A DNA stretch of 61,210 nt, the filler included. It is 7 parts of 7 records of this genome, joined end to end, with 100 filler letters (N's around TTAATTAATTAA, not from the genome) between each part and the next. Parts side by side here need not be neighbours in the genome. Positions count along the whole stretch, not along the records: positions 26,406 to 36,698 come from SRR31147125_7857; positions 36,799 to 51,741 come from SRR31147125_7862; 5 more parts are not named here. The stretch is one strand, 5' to 3'. The notes beneath the pieces are model-generated. The model did no database searches and had not been told where the DNA came from. It was given only the letters and a program-made list of their open reading frames with translations. The translations under genes were made by a program, and so were the position numbers. How positions within the stretch are numbered: position 1 is the first letter of the stretch; the number at the start of each line of letters is the position of its first letter. Shown here piece by piece: positions 30,291 through 41,219 of this stretch.

Positions 30291-31421
30291 TTAAACCCCT
30301 AAAATCTTTTCTTGGTTGTGTCTATAAATATAATTTTTATCACTATCAAAGAATAGAGCTTTATCTATATTTAGTTTTACATAGATTTTGCTATCAAGCT
30401 CAGCCACAAAATCATTAGTTGCAACGATATTTAGATGTGTTCCTTGAATATCAACAACCAATATTGTTTTGTTACCAATAGGTTCAACACTGTAGATCGT
30501 AGCTTCAATATAGTCTTCATCTTCTTTCACAAAACTATATTTAATGTCTCCACCGCGAATCCCCAATCGTAAGCTGTCGCTTTTACTTTCTCTAATTTTT
30601 TCAGCGATATCCTTTTTAAGATCATACTTCTTGTCGCTTCCAAACAACGAGATTGCCATTGCTTTACCATCATCTTGTTTCTCAACATCAACGATATCAA
30701 TCTCTGGTTCTCCCATCAATCTTGCAACAAACTCATTTGTTGGTGTTGAATAGATTTCGTCTGGTGTTCCAATTTGAATAATCTCGCCTTCATTTATGAC
30801 AGCGATTCTATCGCCCAAGCTCATCGCTTCAAGATAATCGTGCGTTACATATATTGTTGTTGTGTCAAACGCAGCCTGCATCTCTTTTAGCTCAGCTCTC
30901 ATAAAGTGTCTAAGTTTTGCATCCAAATGGGCAATTGGTTCGTCCATTAAGAATACATTTGGGTCTCTAACCAAGCATCTTCCAAGTGCAGTACGCTGTC
31001 TTTGTCCATTACTCACTTGACTTGGAAGTCTATCTAGCAAATGATCAATTTTCATCATTGCCGCTACTCGATTCACCTCTTTATTTATTGTTTCCTCGTC
31101 CTTTTTATAAAGTGGACTACGCATTGGTGACGCTATATTTTCAAAAACAGTCAAATGAGGATATAACGCATAGTTTTCAAAAACCATAGATATATTCCGC
31201 TTTGCTGGCTCAACCAGATTTGAGTTTTTATTATTAATATTTACTTGACCCGCATCTGGAAACTCAAGCCCTGCAACTGTTTTTAATATTGTCGTTTTTC
31301 CAGCTCCCGCTGGACCAAAAAGAACCAAAAATTCTTTATCTTCGACAACCAAATTCACATTCTTTAATGCAGTCACTTTACCGAACTTTTTTGTTATATT
31401 TTTAAGTTCAATTTTTGCCAT
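30291..31421 (-). CDS. Sugar ABC ATPase 1 (MalK-like, degenerate signature)
   Basis: GPAGAGKT, VSNGQRQR, FLMDEP and THD. Confidence 0.93.
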   Translation of the reverse strand: MAKIELKNITKKFGKVTALKNVNLVVEDKEFLVLFGPAGAGKTTILKTVAGLEFPDAGQVNINNKNSNLVEPAKRNISMVFENYALYPHLTVFENIASPMRSPLYKKDEETINKEVNRVAAMMKIDHLLDRLPSQVSNGQRQRTALGRCLVRDPNVFLMDEPIAHLDAKLRHFMRAELKEMQAAFDTTTIYVTHDYLEAMSLGDRIAVINEGEIIQIGTPDEIYSTPTNEFVARLMGEPEIDIVDVEKQDDGKAMAISLFGSDKKYDLKKDIAEKIRESKSDSLRLGIRGGDIKYSFVKEDEDYIEATIYSVEPIGNKTILVVDIQGTHLNIVATNDFVAELDSKIYVKLNIDKALFFDSDKNYIYRHNQEKILGV

Positions 31422-31434
31422 TTCCGTCTCTCCT

Positions 31435-32271
31435 TTAACCTTTCACAGCTCCAAAGCTCAATCCTCTAACCAAGTGTTTTTGGATTATCACTGCAAGAAT
31501 AACTTCTGGTAAAGCTGCAACTGTAGCTGCAACTGCCATCTGTCCATAGTGAACAGTGTCTGATCCAATATACCTTAGTGCCGCAACTGTAACGGTTTCA
31601 ATTCTGAATCCACTTAGTAATAGCGGGAAAGTAAAACTGTTCCATGCAAATATGAATGCTAGTAATCCAGAAGCAACGATTCCCGGCTTTATTAGGGGAA
31701 CCAACACTTTTAGAAATACGTGATACCATGAGTATCCATCCAAATTTGCTGCTTGCTCTATTTCAATCGAAATATCTTCAAAGTATCCTCTAAGCACCCA
31801 AATCAACAGAGGCAGTGTGATCAATTGATAGACCCAAATGAGCCCAAAATATGTATCATATAGCCCGATTTTTTGGTAGATCATAAACAGAGGCAAGATA
31901 ACCAATATTTCTGGAGCGAATTTAAAAGATAAGATTGTAAACGCTAAATCTTCTTTTTTCGCGAATTTGTATCTTGCAAAAGCATATGCAGCAGGTACTC
32001 CAACCAACAGTGATAATAAAACTGCGCCGCCGCTTACAATAATATTGTTCAAAAAGGCTTTCATATAGTCCGCACCTTCAAACAATACTACTCGGTAATT
32101 CTCTAATGTTGGTTTGAATATAAATATTGTATCGAACATTTGTGCATCACTTTTAAATGTAATTATTAAAAGCCATATCAATGGGAACAAAGCGAATATT
32201 GCATAAACAATAAGTGCTGTGTACGACCCAAATGGTTTTAACACTCTAATCAAATTTTTCTTCATCATCAT
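31435..32271 (-). CDS. Carbohydrate ABC permease (MalG-like)
   Basis: Six TM segments; EAA-type loop IEQAANLDG. Confidence 0.93.
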   Translation of the reverse strand: MMMKKNLIRVLKPFGSYTALIVYAIFALFPLIWLLIITFKSDAQMFDTIFIFKPTLENYRVVLFEGADYMKAFLNNIIVSGGAVLLSLLVGVPAAYAFARYKFAKKEDLAFTILSFKFAPEILVILPLFMIYQKIGLYDTYFGLIWVYQLITLPLLIWVLRGYFEDISIEIEQAANLDGYSWYHVFLKVLVPLIKPGIVASGLLAFIFAWNSFTFPLLLSGFRIETVTVAALRYIGSDTVHYGQMAVAATVAALPEVILAVIIQKHLVRGLSFGAVKG

Positions 32272-33229
32272 CCTCCCCTAGCTGTTTTGTGTGCTTTTGG
32301 CTCTTCAACCAGCTAGCAACAAGTTTCTTACTTATTTGGAAAATCACGAACCACAGAACCAACATATATGGAATTGCTTCACTAATTGATGAAAATGCAA
32401 ATCCAATATTATATCCTGTCAGAGATAGATTCATTAGCGTATCTCCAGGTCCGCCTTTTGTTAGTGCAAAAATGATTCCATATTCCTGCATTGCCGCCAT
32501 TAATCTGAACACAAGTGCAATAATGATAAATGGTTTTAGCATTGGTAGAGTCAAAGTTCTAAATGTAAACCATGGTGACCCACCATCAATTTTTGCAGAT
32601 TCATATGGCGATTTTGGTAACGATTGTAGTCCTGCTAACATCAGCAGCATTACGAATGGTGTATATACCCAAAAGTCGATCATTCCAGCTGTTAACAAAG
32701 CCGTTTTAGCGGATGATTGCCAAGGAAAGTTGTAAACATTAAACAGATTAAGTAGTTTTTCTACTATTCCAACGGTGTTACTCAGCATCAACTGCCAAAT
32801 TAAAGTTGCAATAACAGGTGCAATCATAAGTGGGAATATCAGTACTACTCTTAAAATCTTAGCGAATTTATTCGCTTTAAGTAGCAGTAATGCAATCCCA
32901 AGACCTGCTATCATTTCAGAACCCGTTGTCAATATCGCATACTTAGCTGTTACCCAACACGCATGCCAGAACTCACCGGCTGTAAACATCTTTATCCAGT
33001 TTTTCAGCCCTACAAAGCTTGATGTTGTCGATCTAAACGACAAATCGGTTAACGAATACCAAATTGCTGTTGCAAATGGATATAGAATACCAATAGTAAG
33101 CAATAGCGCTGGTAATATGATCAGATAAGGTCTTGCTCTAGTTAAAAACGGCAGCTTGTTGGCTTCTTGTAGGCTAACTTCAGCTTGCGTTGTTTCTTGT
33201 TTTTTCTTAAAAATCTTTTTCAAAACCAA
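32246..33229 (-). CDS. Carbohydrate ABC permease (MalF-like)
   Basis: FVGLKNW, LAGLQSLP..YESAKIDG and LTKGGPG. Confidence 0.93.
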   Translation of the reverse strand: MVLKKIFKKKQETTQAEVSLQEANKLPFLTRARPYLIILPALLLTIGILYPFATAIWYSLTDLSFRSTTSSFVGLKNWIKMFTAGEFWHACWVTAKYAILTTGSEMIAGLGIALLLLKANKFAKILRVVLIFPLMIAPVIATLIWQLMLSNTVGIVEKLLNLFNVYNFPWQSSAKTALLTAGMIDFWVYTPFVMLLMLAGLQSLPKSPYESAKIDGGSPWFTFRTLTLPMLKPFIIIALVFRLMAAMQEYGIIFALTKGGPGDTLMNLSLTGYNIGFAFSSISEAIPYMLVLWFVIFQISKKLVASWLKSQKHTKQLGEDDDEEKFD

Positions 33230-33381
33230 CCCCTCCTATTCGGTGATTATTTTATTTGAACCATTAATTTAAATTAATAGTAATTGTATTACTCATATTT
33301 TGTGCCATACACGCATCTATCTGATATCGTCAAAAATAAATCAGATTGCTGTATAGCCATGTATCTAAAAACTTTTTATTA

Positions 33382-33418
33382 ATGAAGGGCGAAAGGACTA
33401 CTCCTCTCACCCCTCATT
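33382..33418 (-). terminator. Stem-loop after the solute-binding-protein gene (partial terminator or mRNA stabiliser)
   Basis: Imperfect inverted repeat ATGAAGGGCGAAAGGA-ctac-TCCTCTCACCCCTCAT; its mismatches become G-U pairs on the minus strand. Confidence 0.5.
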
Positions 33419-33475
33419 TAACTACGTAGTTGTTTCAATAGTTGTGTTACCTTTATCAATTGTTGTTACTAGTTG

Positions 33476-34915
33476 TTATTCTACAGGAACATCTTTTACA
33501 ATTTCGTCCATTTTCGCTTTTAGCTCATCCATACCTTCTTGAACTGAATCGTATTTACCAGCTACGATATCTTGCAATGTAGCAGCCCACTCAGTAGTAG
33601 TTTGGAAGAAGTGTGGTTGTGGTGTAAACTGGATTGTAGTTCCAGGAACAGAAGCTTCAAATGTTTCTAAGTATCCAGTGTTTGAACCAATTTTTGCTTG
33701 AACTTCTTCATCTTCAAATACAGATGCTCTTGGAGGATCTACACAGTTTCCTTCAAGGATAGAATATTTTTGATATTCTGCTGAAGTGAAGTATTGTAGG
33801 AACAACCAAGCAGCTGTCTTATGTTTAGAATTTGCATTGATACCCATTGACCATGTCCATAGGTTAGCATTAATTTCTGTTTTACCTTCTGGTAGTGGTG
33901 GTGGACACCATGCTAGGTTTCCAGCTTCTTTAGAAGCACCTTCTGGGTTTTGGAAATACCCATTACATGTTGCATCAAACAGCATTGCTGCTTGTCCAGC
34001 ACCAAAGTCTGCGCCAGCTTGATACCAAGTATAAGATGACCAACCAGGAGCTCCGCCTTCTTTAATCAATTCAACCCACATTTCTGTCATTTCAACAGCT
34101 TCAGGAGAATTAACTTTAGAAACCAATCTTCCATCTTCAATTTCAAAGTCTACAGCACCATAGTTAGAGAATGTTGTCATGTATCCAGGGTGAATTGTTC
34201 CCCAGTTTCTAGCACCACGAATAGCTAGTGGATATGTACTTTCTCCATCGAAAGAACCAATTTCCTTAGAAACTTCTAGCAATTCTTCCATAGTTTCAGG
34301 CACTTTATAGCCGTTTTCATCAAAAAGTCTTTTGTTGTAAGCAAGAACGTTAGATTCAAAACCAAGTGGTAATGCCCAAAGTGGACCAGATCCAACTTTA
34401 TGTCCTGCAACCATATCCCATCTTAGACCACCAACGATTCCATCATAGAAATCATCAACATTGTAATCATCAGACATAAAATCAGGATTGTTTAAGAACT
34501 CATCTAAATCTTGAACATAACCAGCTGGAGCATACTCCCATAATTGATAAACGCCAGTCATAAACAAATCTGGTTCTCCAGATTGTGAACTTAGGGCAAT
34601 TGTCAATTTGTCAAAGTAGTTTTCCTCAGGTGTCAATGAATGCTCAACTTTGATTCCTGTTAACTCTTCAAATTCTGGAATCTTAGTGATGATAGATTCA
34701 GCATATGGATGTTGGTTAAACATAACAGTGATTTTTTCACCACTTGCCATATCCCAGCTAAATCCTTCTTGAGGAGCCTCAACAGGTTCAGCTTTTTCAG
34801 CCGCTTTGTCGCTGCCGCCATCTGTTGTTGCTTCACTAGCTCCGCCGCAACCAGCTAAACTGATTACAAAAGCAAAGACAAGCATTAAGACTACGATCTT
34901 TTTCATTTTTTCCAT
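33476..34915 (-). CDS. Sugar ABC solute-binding lipoprotein
   Basis: Lipobox LAGC; CUT1 SBP motifs (FEELTGIKV, YNKRLF, AAWLFLQY). Confidence 0.93.
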   Translation of the reverse strand: MEKMKKIVVLMLVFAFVISLAGCGGASEATTDGGSDKAAEKAEPVEAPQEGFSWDMASGEKITVMFNQHPYAESIITKIPEFEELTGIKVEHSLTPEENYFDKLTIALSSQSGEPDLFMTGVYQLWEYAPAGYVQDLDEFLNNPDFMSDDYNVDDFYDGIVGGLRWDMVAGHKVGSGPLWALPLGFESNVLAYNKRLFDENGYKVPETMEELLEVSKEIGSFDGESTYPLAIRGARNWGTIHPGYMTTFSNYGAVDFEIEDGRLVSKVNSPEAVEMTEMWVELIKEGGAPGWSSYTWYQAGADFGAGQAAMLFDATCNGYFQNPEGASKEAGNLAWCPPPLPEGKTEINANLWTWSMGINANSKHKTAAWLFLQYFTSAEYQKYSILEGNCVDPPRASVFEDEEVQAKIGSNTGYLETFEASVPGTTIQFTPQPHFFQTTTEWAATLQDIVAGKYDSVQEGMDELKAKMDEIVKDVPVE

Positions 34916-34982
34916 TTTCGTCCTCCTAATAATATTAGCCCAGACTTAAAATTTAGTAATTCGTATCTTAGGCACAGTCAAC

Positions 34983-35042
34983 ATTATAGCTATTTCATAT
35001 GACCTTTTGAATGCAATATGTTTTAACTTTAATAAATATGTT
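34983..35042 (-). promoter_or_regulatory. SBP operon promoter: -10 TATAAT plus a direct-repeat activator site
   Basis: Minus-strand TATAAT at 34988-34983; AATATGTT repeated at 35015-35022 and 35035-35042, just upstream of a non-consensus -35. Confidence 0.5.
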
Positions 35043-35216
35043 ACTGACATTCTCTTTCTTCAAATCGTAATATTTTTATAAAAAAGTGTGTAATCATAAT
35101 AATTTAGTAATTTTAAAAATATTTTTAAGTTTGTTTTGTTATATAATAAAGCTACATAAATAATAAAACTCAAAATTTATCAAATAGTCTAAATATTTTA
35201 TGGAAGAATAATTATT

Positions 35217-36698
35217 ATGAAAAAAAATAAGGATTTAAAAAAAAGCGACAATATATTAAAAAGTCTGCTTGGAAAGTTTACTAAAGTAAGGTATAAAATA
35301 TTCTTTTCGTATACACTTTCATTATTATTGTTCCTTTTGCTAATCATCGCATTGATCAATACAATTTTCATCAACACTCTAAGAGAAAAACAAATGGAGT
35401 ATTCTATTGAACTTTCGAAAAAAACGAAATACAATTTGGAATTCTTTTTAGATTATGTGGATAGAACAGCAGAGCTTCTTTGCAACAACCATGAGTTAAA
35501 ATCCAACATGAAAAGCAACGATGAATCTAGCATACAAAGGGTAAACTATATGTTAAGCACCATTTCCAGTTTTCATCAAGATATACTAGGTGTTTATATA
35601 TTTGGTTTAAATGAAAAGATTTATTCGAGCAATCCAAATATAGATCCATACTATCTAAGGGAATTTTTATAGATGAATCTCAGCCATTTGACGCTCAAAG
35701 TGAATTTGAAGAGGAAACCATAAAGTTACATACACTGCACGATGTGCCAAGCCTTATATTTAGAAAGAAAATTTATGATTATAAAACAAATGAGCTTTAT
35801 GGTTATTTGACCATTGATATTAGCTTTGGCAATTTAAAAGGTATGGTTACTACATCTGCAGTTCCTCAAATGAATAAAATTCTAGTCGTTGATGAATCCG
35901 GCCAACAATTATTCACATACCCTTTCAATATATATTTAGGGGACGTAACAGAAAAATATCCTGAGATCTTAGAAACCAATTTTTCTAGAATTAACGGAGA
36001 GGTTTTTGGGCTGGAAAGCTTGATTGTTACTGATTCTATTAATTATTCTAACTGGAAGGTCATAAGCATCCACCCGATAAACGATATACAAGCTGTATCG
36101 CAAGTATTAATGAACCAAGTTTTATTTCTATTTCTGCTATTCACAGCATTAGCACTTATACTTGCATATGTTTCAGCTTATAGGATAACCAAACCACTAA
36201 ATACAATATCGGAGAATATCAGAAAAATTGACAAAGGAGATTTATCTGTACATATTGATGTCCATACCAAAGATGAATTAGAGCACCTTGCTAGCTCATT
36301 TAATTCTATGATAATAAAAGTTAGAAATCTAATCGACGAAAAGGTAATCAACGAAAAACAACGTTCTGAGATGGAATTTAATCTACTCCAGGCACAAATA
36401 AACCCTCATTTTTTATACAATACACTCGATTCAATCAGGTGGGTTGCGACAATACAGAATGTTCGACCAATCAGCAATATGGTTCAAGCCATTATATCGA
36501 TGCTAAAATACAACTTTTCTAGGAAGGATTTCTTAGTTCCACTTTATGAAGAAATTGAAAGCGTTAAAAACTATGTTATGATTCAAAAATACAGATACGG
36601 TGATACTTTTGATGTAACCTTTGATATTCCAGAGCAGATCCTTGAATATAAAACGATCAAATTTATATTGCAACCCATAGTAGAAAACGCAATTTTCC
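35217..36698 (+). CDS. YesM-like sensor histidine kinase (Cache-HAMP-His_kinase), frameshift at about 35665, 3'-truncated
   Basis: Two TM segments, HAMP (DELEHLASSFNSM), LQAQINPHFLYNTL and LQPIVENAI. Confidence 0.92.
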
Positions 36699-36798
36699 NN
36701 NNNNNNNNNNNNNNNNNNNNNNNNNNNNNNNNNNNNNNNNNNTTAATTAATTAANNNNNNNNNNNNNNNNNNNNNNNNNNNNNNNNNNNNNNNNNNNN
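36699..36798. other. Artificial contig spacer
   Basis: N44-TTAATTAATTAA-N44. Confidence 0.99.
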
Positions 36799-37683
36799 TT
36801 TTTTATTTGGTTTATAGCTTATACAATCTACAAGATGATTATAAAAAATTATAAAGTGTATCACTTAATTAAATCTATACTTACATTATGTGCTATTCTT
36901 TCTACACTTTATTTTTGTTTTACGATTTTTTGGTCCATAAATTACTATAGAAAACCACTAAATTCTTATCTAAAATATGATGTAAGACCATCCAGTGCAA
37001 CAGAGTTAAAAACCATGTGCGATAAGCTTGTTTTATTGGCAAACGAATATAGAGATGATATTAACTACAGCGAAAACACGGTATTTTACTTAACTATGGG
37101 AAAAGAAGTCGCTATTTCTGATGTTTCGGACATTCTTAACAATATCGAATGGCTAAAAGGAAATAACAATGACCCAAAACAAGTTATGGCTTCAAAAGGT
37201 ATGTCGATGTTGAACATAACCGGTATATACTCGCCTTTTACCGCGGAAGCAAATGTTAATATGGATATTCCTGACCTTACCTTTATAGCAACAGCATGCC
37301 ATGAATCCGCTCACCTAGCAGGCTATGCCAGAGAGGATGAGGCTAATTATATTGCATGGTATGCAATTATGAATGGAAGTGAAAATATAGATTATAGATA
37401 TAGTGCTATTGTACATGCACTAATATACAGTACAAATGCATTATATGATACCAACAGAGAATTATATAATCAAGTTAGGGAAAAATATGGTGAAGGATTA
37501 GAAAACGATCTTATATATCATAAAAAATATTGGGATAGTTTTGATACCAAAGCTGCTGAAGTTCAAGAGACTATGAATGACTATTATTTAAAATCTAACA
37601 GTCAAACTGACGGAGTTAAAAGCTACGGTAGAATGGTTGATCTGTTACTTGGTGAGTTTAGACAAAACAATTTTGACTATTAA
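36799..37683 (+). CDS. DUF3810 membrane-anchored putative Zn metallopeptidase (5'-truncated)
   Basis: W..NYYR, GIYSPFTAEANVN, CHESAH (HExxH), EDEANY and YLKSNSQTDGVKSY..MVDLL. Confidence 0.88.
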   Translation, partial: FFIWFIAYTIYKMIIKNYKVYHLIKSILTLCAILSTLYFCFTIFWSINYYRKPLNSYLKYDVRPSSATELKTMCDKLVLLANEYRDDINYSENTVFYLTMGKEVAISDVSDILNNIEWLKGNNNDPKQVMASKGMSMLNITGIYSPFTAEANVNMDIPDLTFIATACHESAHLAGYAREDEANYIAWYAIMNGSENIDYRYSAIVHALIYSTNALYDTNRELYNQVREKYGEGLENDLIYHKKYWDSFDTKAAEVQETMNDYYLKSNSQTDGVKSYGRMVDLLLGEFRQNNFDY

Positions 37684-37684
37684 A

Positions 37685-37722
37685 TAAAAAGAGCTATCTC
37701 AAAGTACTAGTAAGATAGCTCT
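37685..37722 (-). terminator. Intrinsic terminator
   Basis: AGAGCTATCT / AGATAGCTCT stem with a T-tract on the minus strand, between convergent genes. Confidence 0.7.
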
Positions 37723-37743
37723 GTACTATTTATTTTATAAATC

Positions 37744-38682
37744 TTATATAAATATAAGAATAATCGCTATTGTAATTAATGAAAGTAATGTCCCCATAGA
37801 AAGCGTATTAGAAACATAAGATTTATCATCAGCACTTGGATCCTTCATAAAAGCAGGTATTACAAACGGCCCTGGTAAAACAAACATAAACAAAAGAGCA
37901 ACCCATAATTCATCAACTAATCCTAGTGGAGATAATACAATCGCCTTAATCAAAAATGCTAATCCAAGGCAAAGAGCTAACCTTAGTACACATGTAATAA
38001 TTTCGTCTTTCATACCAGAAAAAGAAAATTTAAGCCCACTTCCTATTAATAAGCATATGAAGAAAGTTGTAGGCGCTGCTATAAACAACAATGTAGAATT
38101 AATAGCATTATAAAATTCCGATTTATATAAACCATCCTTTGCAACTATAGATATAAACACACCTAAAATAATCGACCATATAATTGGAGATTTAACTGCA
38201 ACACTCATCGATTTTTTAAATTTATTATCACTTTCAATTTCAAACTGGTTATTTGCAGAAATCACCATTGGAACAAGTATAATAAAAACAAATAAAACTT
38301 GACCAACATCTACAACTGCAAAAGTTGCAGCAGACCCATAAATAGAAGTATACAATGCATATCCAAGCATACCTGCTTCGAATCCTGTTATCAAGAAAGG
38401 AAAATATGGTGACTTTAGTTTGAATATTTCTTTAACACCAAATCCAATAACAAGCAGCAGTGCGCATGCTCCAAAAATAGCTACAAAAACCCATAAGTAA
38501 TCTGTTTTAAATTTCATGCTCATAAGAGAAGAAAGCAACAACGCAGGCAAGCACACATTGATTATAATTTTCTTTACTTGGTCAAACATTTCTTTTTTCA
38601 CAAACCCGGTTCTGTTAAAAATATATCCGATTAGTATGGATATAAAAACTGGTAACAAGTGTATTAGCATATCTACCTCCAA
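37744..38682 (-). CDS. AEC-family (auxin efflux carrier/malate permease-like) transporter
   Basis: About 10 TM segments; LLPVF..I.IGY and NVCLPALL. Confidence 0.8.
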   Translation of the reverse strand: MEVDMLIHLLPVFISILIGYIFNRTGFVKKEMFDQVKKIIINVCLPALLLSSLMSMKFKTDYLWVFVAIFGACALLLVIGFGVKEIFKLKSPYFPFLITGFEAGMLGYALYTSIYGSAATFAVVDVGQVLFVFIILVPMVISANNQFEIESDNKFKKSMSVAVKSPIIWSIILGVFISIVAKDGLYKSEFYNAINSTLLFIAAPTTFFICLLIGSGLKFSFSGMKDEIITCVLRLALCLGLAFLIKAIVLSPLGLVDELWVALLFMFVLPGPFVIPAFMKDPSADDKSYVSNTLSMGTLLSLITIAIILIFI

Positions 38683-38700
38683 AAAATTATTAAGTGTTAA

Positions 38701-39699
38701 TTATATACTCCTTGGTGCAAGTCCAACCTTTTTATATACTTTTCGTAAAATTTTGATTGAATTTCTGCTTGCCTTCATTGCACCATCTTGCATAACATCG
38801 TTTAAATAAGCTTTGTCAGCTCTAATCTTTTTATATTCATCTTGGAAAGGTCTTAGCTCTTCTACAACAACTTCACCAACAGTTGTTTTTAAATCGCCAT
38901 ATCTTTTCCCGACAAAATCATTTTCTGCTTGTTCTATAGTGCACGCTGTTACAGCAGAATATATAGATAAAAGGTTAGAAACCCCTGGTTGCTCTTCGCA
39001 ATACTTTATTCTATCTAAGCTGTCGGTAACAGCTCTTTTAAATTTCTTCATGATTACATTTGGCTCATCCAAAAGAGAAATATATCCATTAGGATTTTCA
39101 TCAGACTTACTCATCTTAGTTTCGGGATTTACAAGACTCATAACCTTTGCGCCTACTTTACCTATGTATGGCTCTGGCACAGTAAATACATCTCCATATA
39201 AGTTATTAAACCTTATTGCAATGTCTCGTGTAAGTTCAAGATGCTGTTTTTGGTCTGCTCCAACTGGAACTAAGTGCGTTCCATAAAGCAAAATATCAGC
39301 CGCCATTAAAAGAGGATACGTATATAATCCTGCATTGATATTTGTTTGAACCTTTGCAGATTTTTCTTTGAATTGTGTCATTCTGTTAAGTTCACCCATG
39401 TAACCATAACATGACAAAATCCACGCGAGCTCTGCATGACCACTTACATGTGATTGAAAATACAGTATATTTTTTTTGGGATCAAGCCCAGTTGCTAACA
39501 AAATTGCCATCATATCTAAACAGGATTGTCTAAGTTTTGTTGCATCCTGCCTTATAGTGATTGCGTGTAGATCTACAGCACAATAATAACAATTGTATTC
39601 TTCTTGCAAATTAACCCAGTTTTTTAAAGCACCAACATAGTTACCTAGCGTTGGAGTACCAGACGGTTGTATTCCTGAGTATATTATTTTCTTATCCAT
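38701..39699 (-). CDS. trpS: Tryptophanyl-tRNA synthetase
   Basis: SGIQPSG, TLGN (HIGH-like), YPLLMAADIL, VPVGADQ and KMSKS. Confidence 0.98.
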   Translation of the reverse strand: MDKKIIYSGIQPSGTPTLGNYVGALKNWVNLQEEYNCYYCAVDLHAITIRQDATKLRQSCLDMMAILLATGLDPKKNILYFQSHVSGHAELAWILSCYGYMGELNRMTQFKEKSAKVQTNINAGLYTYPLLMAADILLYGTHLVPVGADQKQHLELTRDIAIRFNNLYGDVFTVPEPYIGKVGAKVMSLVNPETKMSKSDENPNGYISLLDEPNVIMKKFKRAVTDSLDRIKYCEEQPGVSNLLSIYSAVTACTIEQAENDFVGKRYGDLKTTVGEVVVEELRPFQDEYKKIRADKAYLNDVMQDGAMKASRNSIKILRKVYKKVGLAPRSI

Positions 39700-39744
39700 A
39701 AACTAAACCTCTACCTCATTTTTAACAAAGCAAAAAAACTTCAA

Positions 39745-41219
39745 TTAATCATTTATTATACAATCAAACATTTCTTGCTTTTCTATTATTTTTTTATGTA
39801 AAATTTCTTTTTCTTTTAGTTCCAAAATCTTATCAGGTATTTTTGTGCATGTAAACTCAGATAAAGCATTTGCATTTTCAAATGCATCGCTTGAAACTTC
39901 TTTTCCAAGAGCATCCAATACACTGTCGCTAAACTTATATGGTGATGCAGTTGATGCGATTATACATGGTGTTTTATCTCCAGTTTCTTTCTTGTAATCA
40001 TCTAAAACACGTACAGCTACAGCAGTATGTGGATCAATTAAATATTCGTCGGTGTCAAAGGTCTTTTTAATTGCTTTTTTTGTATCCTCTTCGCACGCCC
40101 AATTTGCATAAAACCTTTGTATCTTATCTTTGCCTATATGATTACTAATATTGTATTTTTCTTTATTCTTAAGGTCATCAAACATTGTAGAAACAGCTTC
40201 GCTTCCATCCGCCATATCGGCAATCAATCTTTCTAAATTACTGGATATCAAAATATCCATAGACGGCGAAATCGTTTTTACGAATTCCCTGTTCTTTAAG
40301 CTATATTCGCTTTTATTAAAAAAGTCTGTTAAAACCCTATTTGTATTAGATGCACAAATAAATTTGTTTACAGGCAATCCCATCTTATCTGCATAATAAG
40401 CAGCTAAGATATTGCCAAAATTCCCAGTTGGTACAGCAATGTTTATTTTATCACCAATCTTTATATCGCCCCTATTTGACATACATATGTAGCTCCAAAA
40501 ATAGTAAACAATTTGTGGTGTTAATCTCCCTATATTTATAGAGTTTGCAGAAGATAAAACATAACCTTTATCTGCAAGTTCATTTTTCATCTTGTCATTT
40601 GTAAAAATGTGTTTTACTCCGTTTTGAGTATCATCAAAGTTCCCTTTAACAGCATAAACAAAAGTATTGTTTCCCTCTTGCGTGCTCATCTGAAGTTTTT
40701 GCATATCAGATACCCCTTCGGAAGGGTAATATATAACAATTTTTATTCTATCGACGTCCTTAAAACCTTCAAGTGCGGCCTTACCTGTATCACCAGATGT
40801 AGCTGTTAAAATAACAACATCTTTTTCCAATCCACTTTTCCCAAGTGCCTTTGACATAAGCCTTGAAGGATCTGTAAAGCAACATCTTTAAAAGCCAATG
40901 TTGGTCCGTGAAATAGCTCTAAAACATATCTTTCATCATCTAACTTTTTAAGCGGAATAACTTCCTTTGCACTAAAACTACTATAAGCATCATCAGTCAA
41001 TTTTTTCATATCTTCATAGCTTATTTCATCAAAAAACATATTTAATATTTTTGTAGCTAAATCTTGATACGAAAAATCTTTATAGCTTTCAATTTCCTTT
41101 AAAGAAATTTTAGGAAAGTCACATGGAATAAAAAGTCCACCTTCGTCACTTATCCCCTTTAATACAGCATCTAATGCTGGTATTTGTTTTTGATCATCTC
41201 TTGTGCTTTTTAAAAGCAT
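39745..41219 (-). CDS. thrC: Threonine synthase, 1-nt frameshift at about 40864
   Basis: STR..., ELFHGPTLAFKD, ATSGDTG, SANSINIGR, VPTGNFGN, SPSMDIL and DPHTAV. Confidence 0.95.

Noticed and set aside
35666-35744. Stop-codon readthrough or an alternative genetic code
   Set aside because: The downstream parts of the split genes are in different frames, not behind in-frame stops.
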